The notes under the pieces were generated by a model, which was not told the origin of the DNA, ran no database searches, and saw only the letters and a list, made by a program, of their open reading frames with translations. The position numbers and the translations under genes are program-made. Below, piece by piece: positions 12,734-26,200 of a DNA stretch of 64,000 bases (positions within the stretch are counted from its first letter, which is position 1; each line of letters starts with the position of its first letter). The stretch comes from Ruditapes philippinarum (taxonomy: Eukaryota), in contig NW_026859154.1 in the NCBI RefSeq assembly GCF_026571515.1, forward strand, positions 124,001 through 188,000. Reading direction: 5' to 3'.

Positions 12734-14772
12734 GTGCATTATTCTACAACAATGCACTCGCCGTTCTTATTATCTCCCTGTGTATTTTCACATTGAGGGC
12801 GCCATTTTGTTTGAATAAAAAACAATTTTTTTGTCGGATTTTGTTGTGAAAACTATCAAGAATGAAAGAAAATGGTCTAACTAAGAAAATAAATCCGAAC
12901 ACCAATATTTTTTATTCAGTCGTTAACGCTGTAAAGACGTTTAAAGTGTTGTTTACGTGACGTCACAATGTAGCGCCAAACAGCACGTGCAGAACAATCA
13001 AATCAAGTACGCTATTTTAATGTCGCAAACGAGTTAAATTCTGGAAACAAAGTGATCCCTCGGAAGCATTAATCACAACAAAATAACATAAGAATTGCAG
13101 ACTCGGTTTGATTGAGTCTGTACATGAGGGATAATGAATAAGTGCAACATCCCTCACGCCCCCTAGCACCGGCTTGAGCGGTACTCAATAGAGCGGTACT
13201 CAATTCTCAACACTTTATAGTGTTGGCATCAATGATCCCGAAGGACCAGAAAATATAACAACACTGAAGTGAAGTACGGGGCAACTTTTTACGGCTGCCA
13301 CACGGCACTTGACACCTGCTGTTGTGAAGTACAAAATTCTGGAAACAAAGTGATCCCTCGGAAGCATTAATCACAACAAAATAACATAAGAATTGCAGAC
13401 TCGGTTTGATTGAGTCTGTACATGAGGGATAATGAATAAGTGCAACATCCCTCACGCCCCCTAGCACCGGCTTGAGCGGTACTCAATTCTCAAGAGCGGT
13501 ACTCAATTCTCAACACTTTATAGTGTTGGCATCAATAATCCCGAAGGACCAGAATATATAACAACACTGAAGTGAAGTACGGGGCAACTTTTTACATCTG
13601 CCACACGGCACTTGACACCTGCTGTTGTCAAGTACAAAATTCTGGAAACAAAGTGATCCATCGGAAGCATTAATCACAACAAAATAACATATGAACTGCA
13701 GACTCGGTTTGATTGAGTCTGTTCATGAGGGATAATGAATAAGTGCAACATCCCTCACGCCCCCTAGCACCGGCTTGAGCGGTACTCAATAGAGCGGTAC
13801 TCAATTCTCAACACTTTATAGTGTTGGCATCAATGATCCCGAAGGACCAGAAAATATAACAACACTGAAGTGAAGTACGGGGCAACTTTTTACGGCTGCC
13901 ACACGGCACTTGACACCTGCTGTTGTGAAGTACAAAATTCTGGAAACAAAGTGATCCCTCGGAAGCATTAATCACAACAAAATAACATAAGAATTGCAGA
14001 CTCGGTTTGATTGAGTCTGTACATGAGGGATAATGAATAAGTGCAACATCCCTCACGCCCCTAGCACCGGCTTGAGCGGTACTCAATAGAGCGGTACTCA
14101 ATTCTCAACACTTTATAGTGTTGGCATCAATGATCCCGAAGGACCAGAAAATATAACAACACTGAAGTGAAGTACGGGGCAACTTTTTACGGCTGCCACA
14201 CGGCACTTGACACCTGCTGTTGTGAAGTACAAAATTCTGGAAACAAAGTGATCCCTCGGAAGCATTAATCACAACAAAATAACATAAGAATTGCAGACTC
14301 GGTTTGATTGAGTCTGTACATTAAGTTTTACATTTATTTCACTTTTGATAATTTGTATTTCGCTTGAAAAATTATAGAGTGAAAAAAATAAACAAACAAA
14401 GTTTTATCAACGTTTTCAAAATTCGTTATTCTCAAAATGGTTCTACACACGGAAGATTTAACGACAGTTTTTTTTCAACCCACTGGAACAGCCTTTAAAG
14501 AACGTTTCTATTGGAAACTCTGAGGCGAAAACAAATTTAACCACCAAACATAAAGTCCAACTTTATAATAATAATTATATTTTTTCTTGACGTGTTAGAA
14601 TGTAAATAGATATTAATTCTTCGTGCATTATTGTATAATAATGCACGTTTTTCGTTCAAATGCTTTGTAATTAATCACTCAGGCCTATCGGCCTTCGTGA
14701 TTATATTACTACGCATTTGAACTCAAACCGTGCATTGTTCTACAACAATGCACTCAGAATTGATATCTATTT
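12734..14772. mobile_element. Non-autonomous foldback element (possibly Crypton/tyrosine-recombinase type) hosting the tandem array
   Basis: Imperfect palindrome 14604-14772 centred on AGGCC-TATC-GGCCT. The 24-bp self-palindrome GTGCATTRTT-N4-AAYAATGCAC occurs at 12734, 14623 and 14730. A second, inverted copy of the terminus lies at 45003-45272. The class assignment is inference. Confidence 0.5.
13038..14320. repeat. Tandem array of a 298-bp unit (4 full copies plus about 85 bp), flanked by TTAA
   Basis: CTGGAAACAAAGTGATCC recurs at 13041, 13339, 13642, 13940 and 14237; units are nearly identical. Confidence 0.97.
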
Positions 14773-17282
14773 CCTAAATAAACAAAAATGTATCATAAAT
14801 AGAAATAAAAGAAAGTTATAAATTCATGTATTTAATTATGTTTGTTATAGCTCATGATAAAGCATTAAAATGCTTTAATTTGTCTATACAGGAAAGATCA
14901 TTTTGAAGCAAAAGAGGTTACACAAAAACTTGACAATTTCAGAATCGATTTAATTTTGAATAAGTATGTTCAAATAATACAAAAAATATAACAACAGAGG
15001 AGAAATACGGGACTACATTTTACAAATGTCAAACAAAGATTTTTCGTCTGCTGCCATGAGTATAAATTAATTAAAAACCTTCGAGAGCAATGAAAAATAT
15101 TCACAGATTGGTTGTGTTTCATGGAAGATATTGAAAAGTGCCCCAAGCGACAACGATGCTTTTATTTTTATGGCACATTTTATGTGGTATGTTGCTTTTT
15201 CCGTGTGAAAAAGGACATTACTTGCTCCAAATACAATGAAGCACAAATTCGCCTTTCAGAGAAACAAACATACTAAGTTTAACACATTACTATGGAATGG
15301 AATCACTTTAAATGTAAAACATTTTCAAAACAAATGCAATTTGATTAAAACATTTTAGAACATTCTTTTAAATGAACAAAAAATATATGTATACTTATAA
15401 TGTTAAAATTGTTCCATGAGAGCGAATACGTAGTCGATATTTCATTGAAAATACTCGTTTGACATGATTATTTGTTGAAGAAGGTTTCTAGCCTGGTACC
15501 TGAGTAGAAAACACCCATCTTCCGTAAGCTTGCTTGATAGCTTGCTCAGAAGAAATATTCTAAAGGACAGAAATCTACAATACCAGTACAAAACATGTAC
15601 TTATATAGTATAAGTATTCCTATCACAAGTGAGACCCAAAATGGAAAATGTTACAAAATATTGAATGTTTGTGTTAGGCTCGATTAAGTTGATATTTAAT
15701 GTTAATTCACCATTTAAAACCTTGAGTCTTTTGCTTTAAGAAGAACAGAACAAAATATTGAAGAAGCGCAGATTACGAGATTACATTTTGTAACAACATG
15801 TGCGCATAACATATACAAGTCCCTTTAGGGGTATCAGTATTTCACGCTTCTTGTGTAGAAAGTGGTAATAATCAACTTATATATACATGTATTTATAGAA
15901 GAATAGACGATTTTAAAAAAGTACAATAGAAACTATATACTGGGACATGACTTTACAATTTACAAATTATCAATAACAATTTAAGCTCATATTATCTATA
16001 TATCAGGAAAATATATAATTATATATACATATGAAAAAAACGGAGAGTTATGCAAATCGTTTGACAATTTATCATATTATTAGCAACTCATATAAAGCGA
16101 AATGTTTTAGATCTTCGATAACTGGCAACTAATGCTGGTTGAATATAACATAAGTACTATATAAAAATCTATACCAATAGTAAAACAGTAACCGGCTTCT
16201 TGAATATTATTGACAGAATTATAATCTTCTAGTGACTGTAATAGTGTTTTACTCAGATGAATCGGTTACCCGTTAAATGACAATGTGCCTTCAACTTTTG
16301 TCAAATTGCAATTGTTTATAGTGATAATAGGAAGAAATATATCTGGTAAAAATGTGAATCCTAGTAAGTATTATACTACGTAACCATACACTTGGGAATC
16401 AGATAAGATTATTAATTTAAAATGAAAATCATATAAGTGTTTGATATATAGCCCCTGTTTAAAGGAAGACACAGGCAAAATTTTCATTTCTTCGTTTGAA
16501 CTTTTCATTCGTTATTCTGTAAATGTCCTCAAAATGAATACACTAGGCAGTCGTCACACCAACAAAACTTTACTCATAGTAAAGAATAAAATGATGGTTT
16601 CCTAACTTTACCCATTTGAGCGTTAAAATTTTACAATAGTTGACAAAGTGAACTCTGGAAACCTTAAAGAACATGTCAAATGAATGGCTTAGGCTTGTTT
16701 CAATCATACAATATTTATAATATCTATTATTGTAACCTCTAGGCTTTGTTCAAGTCACATGACTTGTTTTAAAACTACTCAGTGATTCTGTCGGCGGCTA
16801 AATTTCGTAAATAATTATAGATATATTTACGCTTCAAACCCCCAAAAATATAGAATTTATACAGAAATTCCCGACGGGGCTTCAGAAAATATCATTTTAG
16901 CATGATTTGAGACAATAAGATCATTTTAATAATTTTGTCATTATTTGCCTGAGTATCCCTTTAAAAGGACATAATAGTTTGATAAAAATTTAATAAATGT
17001 ATTATAAAATATATATGAACAGAAAGTAAAAGTCATGGAAGTTAAGACATAAATGCGGCTAGTAATTACCTTAAGCAATAGCGTTGAATTACAAACTATG
17101 ATCAATTAATTAATCTAAAATGTCACTTAAAATGATAAAATGATACATTGTATAAGATTATACTAAACAAAATACAGGCTACTGTATGTATGAGAACACT
17201 AATACAGAATGGTTAATTGCTCTGATGTTGGAACTTGGATCACAATTACCCTTGAGATATCAAAACAAGTTGGCTCATGTGA

Positions 17283-20200
17283 TTACGATTGACTTATTTC
17301 TTCACATAGGTTGTCTATTCTTTTCTTCACGTTTATTGCTGAATCAGCAGTATCTGTGTATATATGAAACACCATTCTCGAGAGGTCGGTTTGATCTGTA
17401 GATTTGGTTTCCCAGAACTTAGACACTGTGAAAGAATATTAAAGAAAAATATTATAAATACGGTTGTAATTTACTTTTATTTTTATCAGCTTACTTTATT
17501 ACTCATGTTCATTACTTTGACTGATACAAATACCGTTTTTATTTTTTATTTTAGAAAAAAAAACTATTTTAGTTATCCTATGTTTAATTCAAAACTTTGT
17601 GGGATGCTTTTGAATCTGATTATAATACCGAACGATACATAGCACGCTTTAAGTATTAGGATTAATTGATTATCTGTTCAAATAAATTAATTGTTTGTTA
17701 GTTGTAAACATTGATCAACCGTTTGTGACAGTACTTTGCTTGCAATTTTGGTTTCTATTCCGTGTCTAACGATTGCATATATACTTACAAAATGACATTC
17801 GCTTAGCTGCTTTAAGAGCAGATTTTGCTTCCTTCGTGAATATGTCTTCCATTTCAGCATCGTATACCACAATCTTGATACTTTTTAGGCATCCCTGGTA
17901 ACTGTCGCCGCGAATGTATTTTTGAAATGCGCTTATCATTGTTCTGGCCATTTCGCTGACAGGAAATCCTTTGCCACCTGCATATAGATTATATGTAATT
18001 TCAATCGGGAATTATAACGAAAAATTAATTTTAAAAATAGAAGTTTGAAATGACGAATGTTATAGTACACCGTACGATAAAATTATACACAATTTTTTTT
18101 ATTCTAAACTTGTTACTTTTCAAATGTTTAAATTTGTGTTCAGTGTTGTTTATTCTTATCATACAATAAGTCCGCATAACACGACGTTAATATTTGAAAC
18201 GAGAGAATATAAAAAAGAGGAAATAAAGATTTACTAGGTATGGTGACATTAAAAGAATGCAGTCGTATTGGTTGAAATAATTACCTGTACCCATGGCAGG
18301 AAATGATACTGAACTTAACTTTAAACGTTCTACTTCAGCAAGGCTTTTGACAAAAGTTCTTTTCCATCCCTCGAAACCGTTTCTGGCACGTACATGTATT
18401 ATCTTCTGACATATTAAACTCCCAGAACTTGTTGTCACTAAATCTTCCTTCTTGAATGTTTCGAGGAGTCCGTACGCTGCAAGTATAAGCATGATAAGAT
18501 TTTATAACCAATATTTTGATAACATAAAACTACAGTGCAAAAAAATAAGTTTTCCTTAAGGCTTCAATGGGTTTAATTTAATTTAAAATAAAAACATTAT
18601 AATTGCCATCGAGTAATTTCACTTTGTCCGGGATCGAACCGGTGACCTGTGTCCTATTGAGCTAAGCCATCTTATAGTGGAGAAAACAACTTATAGAAGA
18701 CATTCAAGAAACAAGCTTGTACATTAATGTTGTACAACTTACAAAACTCTTATATTATTTATTTATTTATTTTCTTCTTAAAATGTGTCTACCTATAAAA
18801 TATGGGTGACATCTGAAGGATAGACACTTACAGCTTACAGAAAATGTGTAATATGTTGAAGGTCAAGTACATAACTTGTTGGAAAATCTACTGTTTGTAC
18901 AACAATCATTACTTAAATAAGCATATTCAAATATATAAAAATGTTTTACTTAATCCGTTACTTATGTATTTATATTGCAAACAAAGAAAATATAATAATA
19001 ATAACCTTGGAACTGAATGGTTCTTCCAGCGGCTCTCAAAATTGATTTGGAAATCTCTCCGGTATCTAAATTTAGATCTGATGAAACGCTGTTCACAATA
19101 ACGGCTGTGTCGGCCTTAGTTATGTCCCCTTGCTGTATACTAACGGTCACATGGCCAATCTTTGTTGTAAAGTATGGACCTAAACGGAATTATATATTTT
19201 TGTCGTTTTAGGCGTTTTTTCATGGTTTCAAAGATAAACAAAGTATTTATAAATTAGTTGATATGATAGCAAATTGATAGTATAATTTTAAATCAACTAC
19301 TTATATATTACAGTTTGATTATATTATTTCCAGTTTTTGTGGAAATGAAATACACTAAATTCCCAGAGAACTGAACTGTATATTGTATTATAAGATTATA
19401 TGATATAAATGTATTATGCCATTATGTTTTTCATAATAGTAAAATAAATTGTAAGGTGAAATAGTGGATGGATCCCCGAGACTATTTTACCTATGACTGA
19501 GACAATTAACGGAGTTACCTCTTGGGCTTGAAAAATTAAATAAAAAATGCAACACATTTCTATATACATTAACTTTATACATATGTTAAGTGATGATACA
19601 GCACAACACATCATCACTATTTATAAATGATAGATGTATAACGTATGATAAATTTGAAATGGTAAGTATATAAATTATAATAAATATATGATGCTCAATA
19701 TTCAGAAACATTTACCTAGAAAAACGTTTTCTACTGCAAACATTTGAGTGACAGATATTAAAACTTAAAGGTAAATGTTATATATTATTACCTTCGGAGG
19801 GATATGATATATGTTATATTCGACATAATATATATTCTAGAAATAAAACAAAAATAACAGCAGCATATCTTCAAGTACAATAGAATCCTAAATTTTAAAG
19901 CCAGTTATGGTCGGTTAACCAGCAAATTTTAATAAAGAGTCTTTTTGATAAAAAAAACAATTATCCATCAATCTATTGAAAGAAGCAAAGTAGGATTCTT
20001 CTTATTAGACTCAGGTAAAGTAATATTATAATCTATTACATATATAAAACAAAGCGCATGAGTTATAATAATGATACGAGACAAAATTACGTTCGAAATA
20101 GTCATGATGAAACTTTAATTTTAACCCACCAGTGCTTTTTATAAACACACTCTCCCGTATACAACGTTGTCTGCTGTGTATCATAGACAGTTGGGAAACC

Positions 20201-23200
20201 ATTGCCTTGCGATCGTATGGTGTCTTGTATTCTTCAAATGCCTGGATCATAAAAAATATAAAAAAATATTCCAAACTATTTCATTTGTAAAAAAAAACAA
20301 CATTCTTTTAGAACAATGAGAGCATAATAGAATAGATATGCGGAAGTTTCAGATGTATTTTTGTTCGGGAGAAATGATTTGCATTGCATCATTAGGAATA
20401 GTGATATTGCAAGACCAGGCGACAATGTCGCATGAGATTAGGAAGGATGATACTTTATTTTATGCTTTTGAGTGAAAATTATATTTGATAATTCCACAAA
20501 ATCAAAATAAAATATCATACTTTTCAATGATGAGACTACTTTTTCTTTTTGCTTACAATTCTGACATTATCAGGGCTATTTATGGAAAAGCAAAAATGAA
20601 ATACATATTAAATAACTTAACTTTAATTAATTCCAATCACCAAATTTTATATCGACTGTCTGACTCTTCAAATTTTTGTTTTATTTTTACAGTTTGAAAA
20701 ATTTCACTCCCTTCCACTTGCAAAACTGCTCTTAATAACATTTGGGCATATCTAATTATCCTACGAGCAACAACTGCCTAATGCAATATGAAAAGCAATC
20801 ACAGACACCAGCCAGAAGAAGCAGTAAACAACCCAGCATTTGGAAGACAGCCTTTCAAGAATTCCATGTTTTCCAAATCCCTAGTTGCTTTTTGAACGTT
20901 TATACATTTGTCAACAATTATTTATTGTCTGTTACAATCTTAACATCTTTGAAACAGTGGCGAATGATTTCATTACAAACTTCGTCTGATATATAAGCTT
21001 ATGCCTAAAATAACGGAAATACGGTCGGCTTGGTGTGATATTTTCTTCTACCTGAACTGTTTGTTTTTATTATTAAGACAAGCAATCATTCATATTCTTT
21101 TAAATAAAATAGAAAATATTATCAACATTAAACGTTGATTTTTAACTGACTCATGTATTTATGAGAACTACGCCTAAACTGATGGCTACCAGTTGGGCAA
21201 ACAAACTTTGATATTCAAGTAAATATGAGGGAATTTCATCTTAAATGGTATTCAAGCATAAATTAAAAAATATTGTTTTTGTTTGTTGTGTAAGATGTTG
21301 TTTTATTTCATCGCATGAACTTCTAAAACAGTATGCCACTCGTGAGAATACTGTTTAAAAGCTTACTCAATAAAATAAAATTTCATCTTAAACAAACAAA
21401 TATCCTCTATTTATCAAATATTAATAAAACAGTTTATTAAATATCTAAATCGGGTTTTGTTGCTTTTCAAATAAATAAAAAATCTGTGATAGGAAATAAC
21501 GAAATGCGTATACCCGGACCGATATGTCCAAGTCTTCACGCCACATGCCGTTATAAACATACGTTTTTCAAACGGAAAAGTAATTAATTGACTCTGTTGC
21601 GCATTTAACAGTAGCAAAGTAACATCCATTGGTTCAAATAATTTTTTTTAAATATTATCAAAGATATAACTTACTTTTAGTGCTTGTTCATCTTCTGGTT
21701 GTATTACTATACGAACAGTTTCAAAGGTATGTACAGGATTCTCTTCGCCAAATTCTTCAATGGCTTTAACCATTATTTTTGCAACACGTTGAGGCGGGAA
21801 AGAATGTGTTCCTGTTGCAAGTACTGGGAAAGCTATAGATTTATAACGTTTCTTCATAGCAGAAGAAAGACAACTTTGAACGAAGCAATTCAGTACCTGA
21901 AGAATATTACATATATAACATATTTTCACTAACATTGTTCCCTTATCATATTAAAATCATTTTGAAATTGACACAAAATGACTAAGCGTGACCTTTACTT
22001 TCACCTGAAAATGTCAAACCTGCGCTCTGTATACATCGTTTCATTATGGATAAGTTATATCTTCTGCGTGTGTTATGGAAAATATACTTTTTAACATTTT
22101 AGAGGTAACTATGACAACATTTAATAACATACCCAAAAGTAAAATACTAGTGTGTCGAAACAGAAATTATTATATATTTTGATCTTAAGTTGCACAAAAA
22201 CAAATCAATTAATAGGTAATCATAAACAAATTTAAATGGTAGGATTCATAACAAAATTAAAATATATTTAAAATAGGGAAAAACAGAATCCCTGAAGAAC
22301 GTCCGAAACAACAAAAATGAAAATGTTGCTGGCTGACTCGGTTTGATTAAGGCTGTTCATGGGCATTACTGGTGAGTGCAAGTGGAGTCGGCTTAATCGC
22401 TAAAAAAATAAGAAGTTATAAGTTTTAAGAAATTGTTGAATCTATTATAACTACAATATGTTGAAATCGACGTTAAAACATCCAAACTAACCATAAGATT
22501 ATATAAAACATTTAGTTCACATTTCCTTCACAATGAAAATAATTGTTACCATTTCTGCATGACCTTGGCCATTGTCCCAATCTACAAGAACTCCGTGATA
22601 AATTGCTTTACATTTCAAATTTCCAGCTTTTGATTCAGCAATTTCGCCCGGCAAAATACCATTTGGATATAATTCCTCGAGTTTGGATTCTATTTCATCA
22701 CCGCCGTCTTTTACAATAGCCTTTGAAAGTCTACCAATTCGAAGATTGAGCTCGCTGTTTGTTGAATTAACAATAACGTCTACCTGTTTATACAAGATAA
22801 GCAATCAAATGTTTTTGCTATACCATTTTACTATAGACATGATCTCAAAGTAACAATATAAAACAGAAATCTTTCTCAAAACCACCAGTAATAACTGAAT
22901 TTTGTTTTAAATAAAAATACTTTGAAATTATTTACTTTAGTTTGAAAATAAAGATTTACCATAATTAATCATATGTTCAGGTCTTAAAAAAAGAAAAATA
23001 CTTGCATCTTGTGATACCAATGAGCCTGTCACAATTTCTGGATATATATTATATCCGTACAATTCATTGGCCTCAGCTCGGCTTTCTGTTAACATCTCTG
23101 AAACAATGTAAACAAATATGTAATATATAATCGGGGGAAAAGTGGCAAATGTGTTCTTGTTTGTTTACCAGATCTACAGTATTATGACTGGTCTGAAAAT

Positions 23201-26200
23201 ACACAACATAAAAGTATTAAAGCGATATGAATTAAAATGAAACAGTTAAAGAATTTTCATTATGTTGCACATTTACTTAAAACCATTGTTTTGGCAGTCT
23301 TTTTTTAACAAAAACATGTGCTTTCTGACTTTGAAATTCTATATATACGGTTGATAATAGAGAGCCTACACTGAGCAAACATTATACTGCAAATATTAAT
23401 GGAAACGTCACCTGGAATCAAAATAGTTGACTGAGGTATTTCGTTCTTCATCGCTTTGACAAAAAGCAAAGAAGATTCCTTTTCAACGTCATGCATGTAA
23501 ATATGTCTCAAACAAGTATCAGCCCCGTTTTCCATGAGGTATTCTTTTATTGATTTAATCATCTGTTCCACAATGACATCACTCGGATAACGAAATCTTC
23601 CTGCACCTAAAGGGGGGAAGGCAATGCTTGTAGCCTTCCTATTCTCCCCTTCCAAAAGGCATTTAGTTACGGCGTTGCTTATTATTGATTCCTTTTCACT
23701 ATTTTCCTTCGTCCAGACGGGTAATACGACGTGAATAATTTCTCGACATGGGAGATGCCCGGATGAAGTTATGAACGTGTCTCCATCGTTTACGCATTTT
23801 GCTTCTGAAATGTACTGTTGACATTCTCTTTGGATACTGAAACCACCTACAAAATTAGAACAAATAAAGAAGCAAATGTAAATATCTTAATAAATTGTGC
23901 AAAGTATTTATTTTCAAGTCACGTGCATTTGGAATAGAAAAGGAAACAATGATGAAGTTATAATTATGCTGTTAGTGATAAAAGAACATTTGAGCTTATT
24001 TATTTCTAGTTTAATGCATATCTTTTAATGAAAAAGCCAAATAGATATATTTTTAACGTTTACCTTTATCAATTATTGTGCGGGCTAAACCATATTTGTG
24101 ATCAAATGTAGACTCATTTGGAATGACTATGAAATCAACTTCAGCCTCGGTAATGTCGCCCTTTAGAATTTGAATTTCGCAACCCCCTATCCTACATTCA
24201 GAGAGGCACACGTTTGTAGGAACAACTTGTGATTCTGGTGTGGAAATTCGAATTACGCACTTCTCAGATAACTCAAATGTTTTCAATTTGTCTATACCTT
24301 CAGATGTTCCAAAATATTTGCTCAATTCATGACTATTCACTGTGTGTTCATCTCGAGTTATTGTTTCTGCAACAAAGTCACGCAAATGAGCTATTGCAGT
24401 TTTACAGCTTTTTCTCTCCCCCTTTACAGCAAATCCTTTTCTAGTAAGCTTATCAAGCACATCTATTTCAACATTCATGTCCTCGTAATGTTGTAAAATC
24501 TTCCTGATTGATGTCTTCTTATAACTAAATAGATACCGAAATTCACCAGGATCAAGATGAAAATCCTCCGAAACGTTTGTATGTAAATCAAGAAATTTCT
24601 TTACTTTTTCGACTATTTCATCATGCAAACTATCCCATGACAAAATAAGAAGCCTATTTGTAGAACAGTCGAATTGGACTTTTTCTTTATATTCCGTTTC
24701 TAGCTTTGCAAGGAACTTTTCTTGTTGCAGATGGTCCCTTAGCTCCCTTTCAATCTCTAAGCTTGTACTTCTAAAACATGAACGTATGCACCTCTCTACT
24801 GTTATTAACCCGTTACAAGTTAAACTGTACAGTTCTAGAGTACCCTGTCCTACAAAGTGCCAACATCCGGTAACCTCCGATTTCATCAATATTTGCTTGA
24901 CATAATGGTTGGTTTTACTTGTATGTAGTAAGGCTAGTACCATTGGACTCAAACCTTCAAACATAAATAAGTACATTTATAACATTATATGTTAAATGTT
25001 TAAAAGTTTATGAATGTATTTTTTGAAACACAGATTCATAAAATAGACACGCGACGATAAATACTAGTAGTGTTATAAAAAGGGCATTTTTATCTCAATT
25101 GTTTACTATATCATAACCTGACCTTTTATGTCTTTTTTCGGAAAATCCCGTATCATTTGAACTACTTTGTTCACAGCAGAATCTACCATCTGTTTCCTTC
25201 CCTAGAAAGAAAATACAAACCATATATCAATATAAAATCTACGTCTGTAATATTTTATAACGTGATATTATTTAATAAGCATTTAATTCTACTACTAGCT
25301 GTATAAAAACATCCTGCATCAAAAAAAATATCTTTAATCAATACAAATATTTATATAATATTTATAACAATAAATGACAATAAATGATCGTTTTAAAATA
25401 TCGCCTTTAATCATGTACCTTTAAAACTAATGTTTTGTTTTTAAGTGTCCTTTCCACATTTTTAAGCTTCTCAAAGCTGTTACTAGCGTCCAAAAGTTCA
25501 AATTCGAACGGTTTCAGCTTCATGGTTTTTGTAAGATATTTTCCCTGACTGTCATGTTCCTGTTCAATCGACGTTATCATGTTTTCAACCCGACTGGCCC
25601 ATTTTTCAGCGTCATTCTGATAACCAGCAATAACCACTCTATTCTCTTCAATTTTTATGAAAAATGAGTCTGGATTAGTTGACCCAACACTTTCTATTCT
25701 TGATCGAAGCTGTGATTTTATCTGCATGATAGATAAAACTCAATATTATAATGGATACATCTCTAATTGCTTATTCCTGTCCGAGAACTATAAAAAGTAA
25801 TTACAAATAATCAGTATAAATAAACAGAATGAATGTACTAATCATTTATGACGCATGAATATAGGAACATTAATTATGTTTTCATATTAACATGTTTCTA
25901 GTGTTTGTTTGTTCCAATTGAATGTTTCTGTTGTACTGATAAGTTACAGTGACTTTTGTCTGATGATTAACTGTAGCTTTGAAAACCTAATGACAGACAA
26001 ACATGTTACTGCGAATTCACTTATATCAAAACGGGCATTTTTGTGGGTTCTTAAATTCGTGGATTTTCAATTTCTTGGGAAAAAAAAACTAATGCAAAGT
26101 AATCTTACAGTTAATCGCCGCGCATTTTACTTACCGCATGAACATATCTTTACGTATTACACAGCGCTTGTCAATAAATTCATTACACAAACATCGGATG

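Noticed and set aside
13207-14101. Repeated 86-97 aa minus-strand ORFs in the tandem array (also 40495-40731)
   Set aside because: Starts are inconsistent among units, indels break the frame, and no domain is recognisable; a by-product of the repeat.
13038-14320. CRISPR array, or a canonical hammerhead/twister/HDV ribozyme in the repeat
   Set aside because: No unique spacers and the context is eukaryotic. No CUGAnGA..GAAA core on either strand. The twister-like AAGCCGG..AGGGGGCG lacks P2 and the UAA cleavage loop, and the HDV-like P1 lacks room for P2/P3.
15400-15430. HGT tripeptide on the minus strand as a possible PARP catalytic exon
   Set aside because: Context RIRSHGTILT does not match L[FW]HGT, and there is no surrounding ORF or second catalytic motif.
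25728-25787. Upstream acceptor at 25788 for gene A exon 7
   Set aside because: Introduces in-frame TAA/TGA; the acceptor at 25722 keeps the frame.
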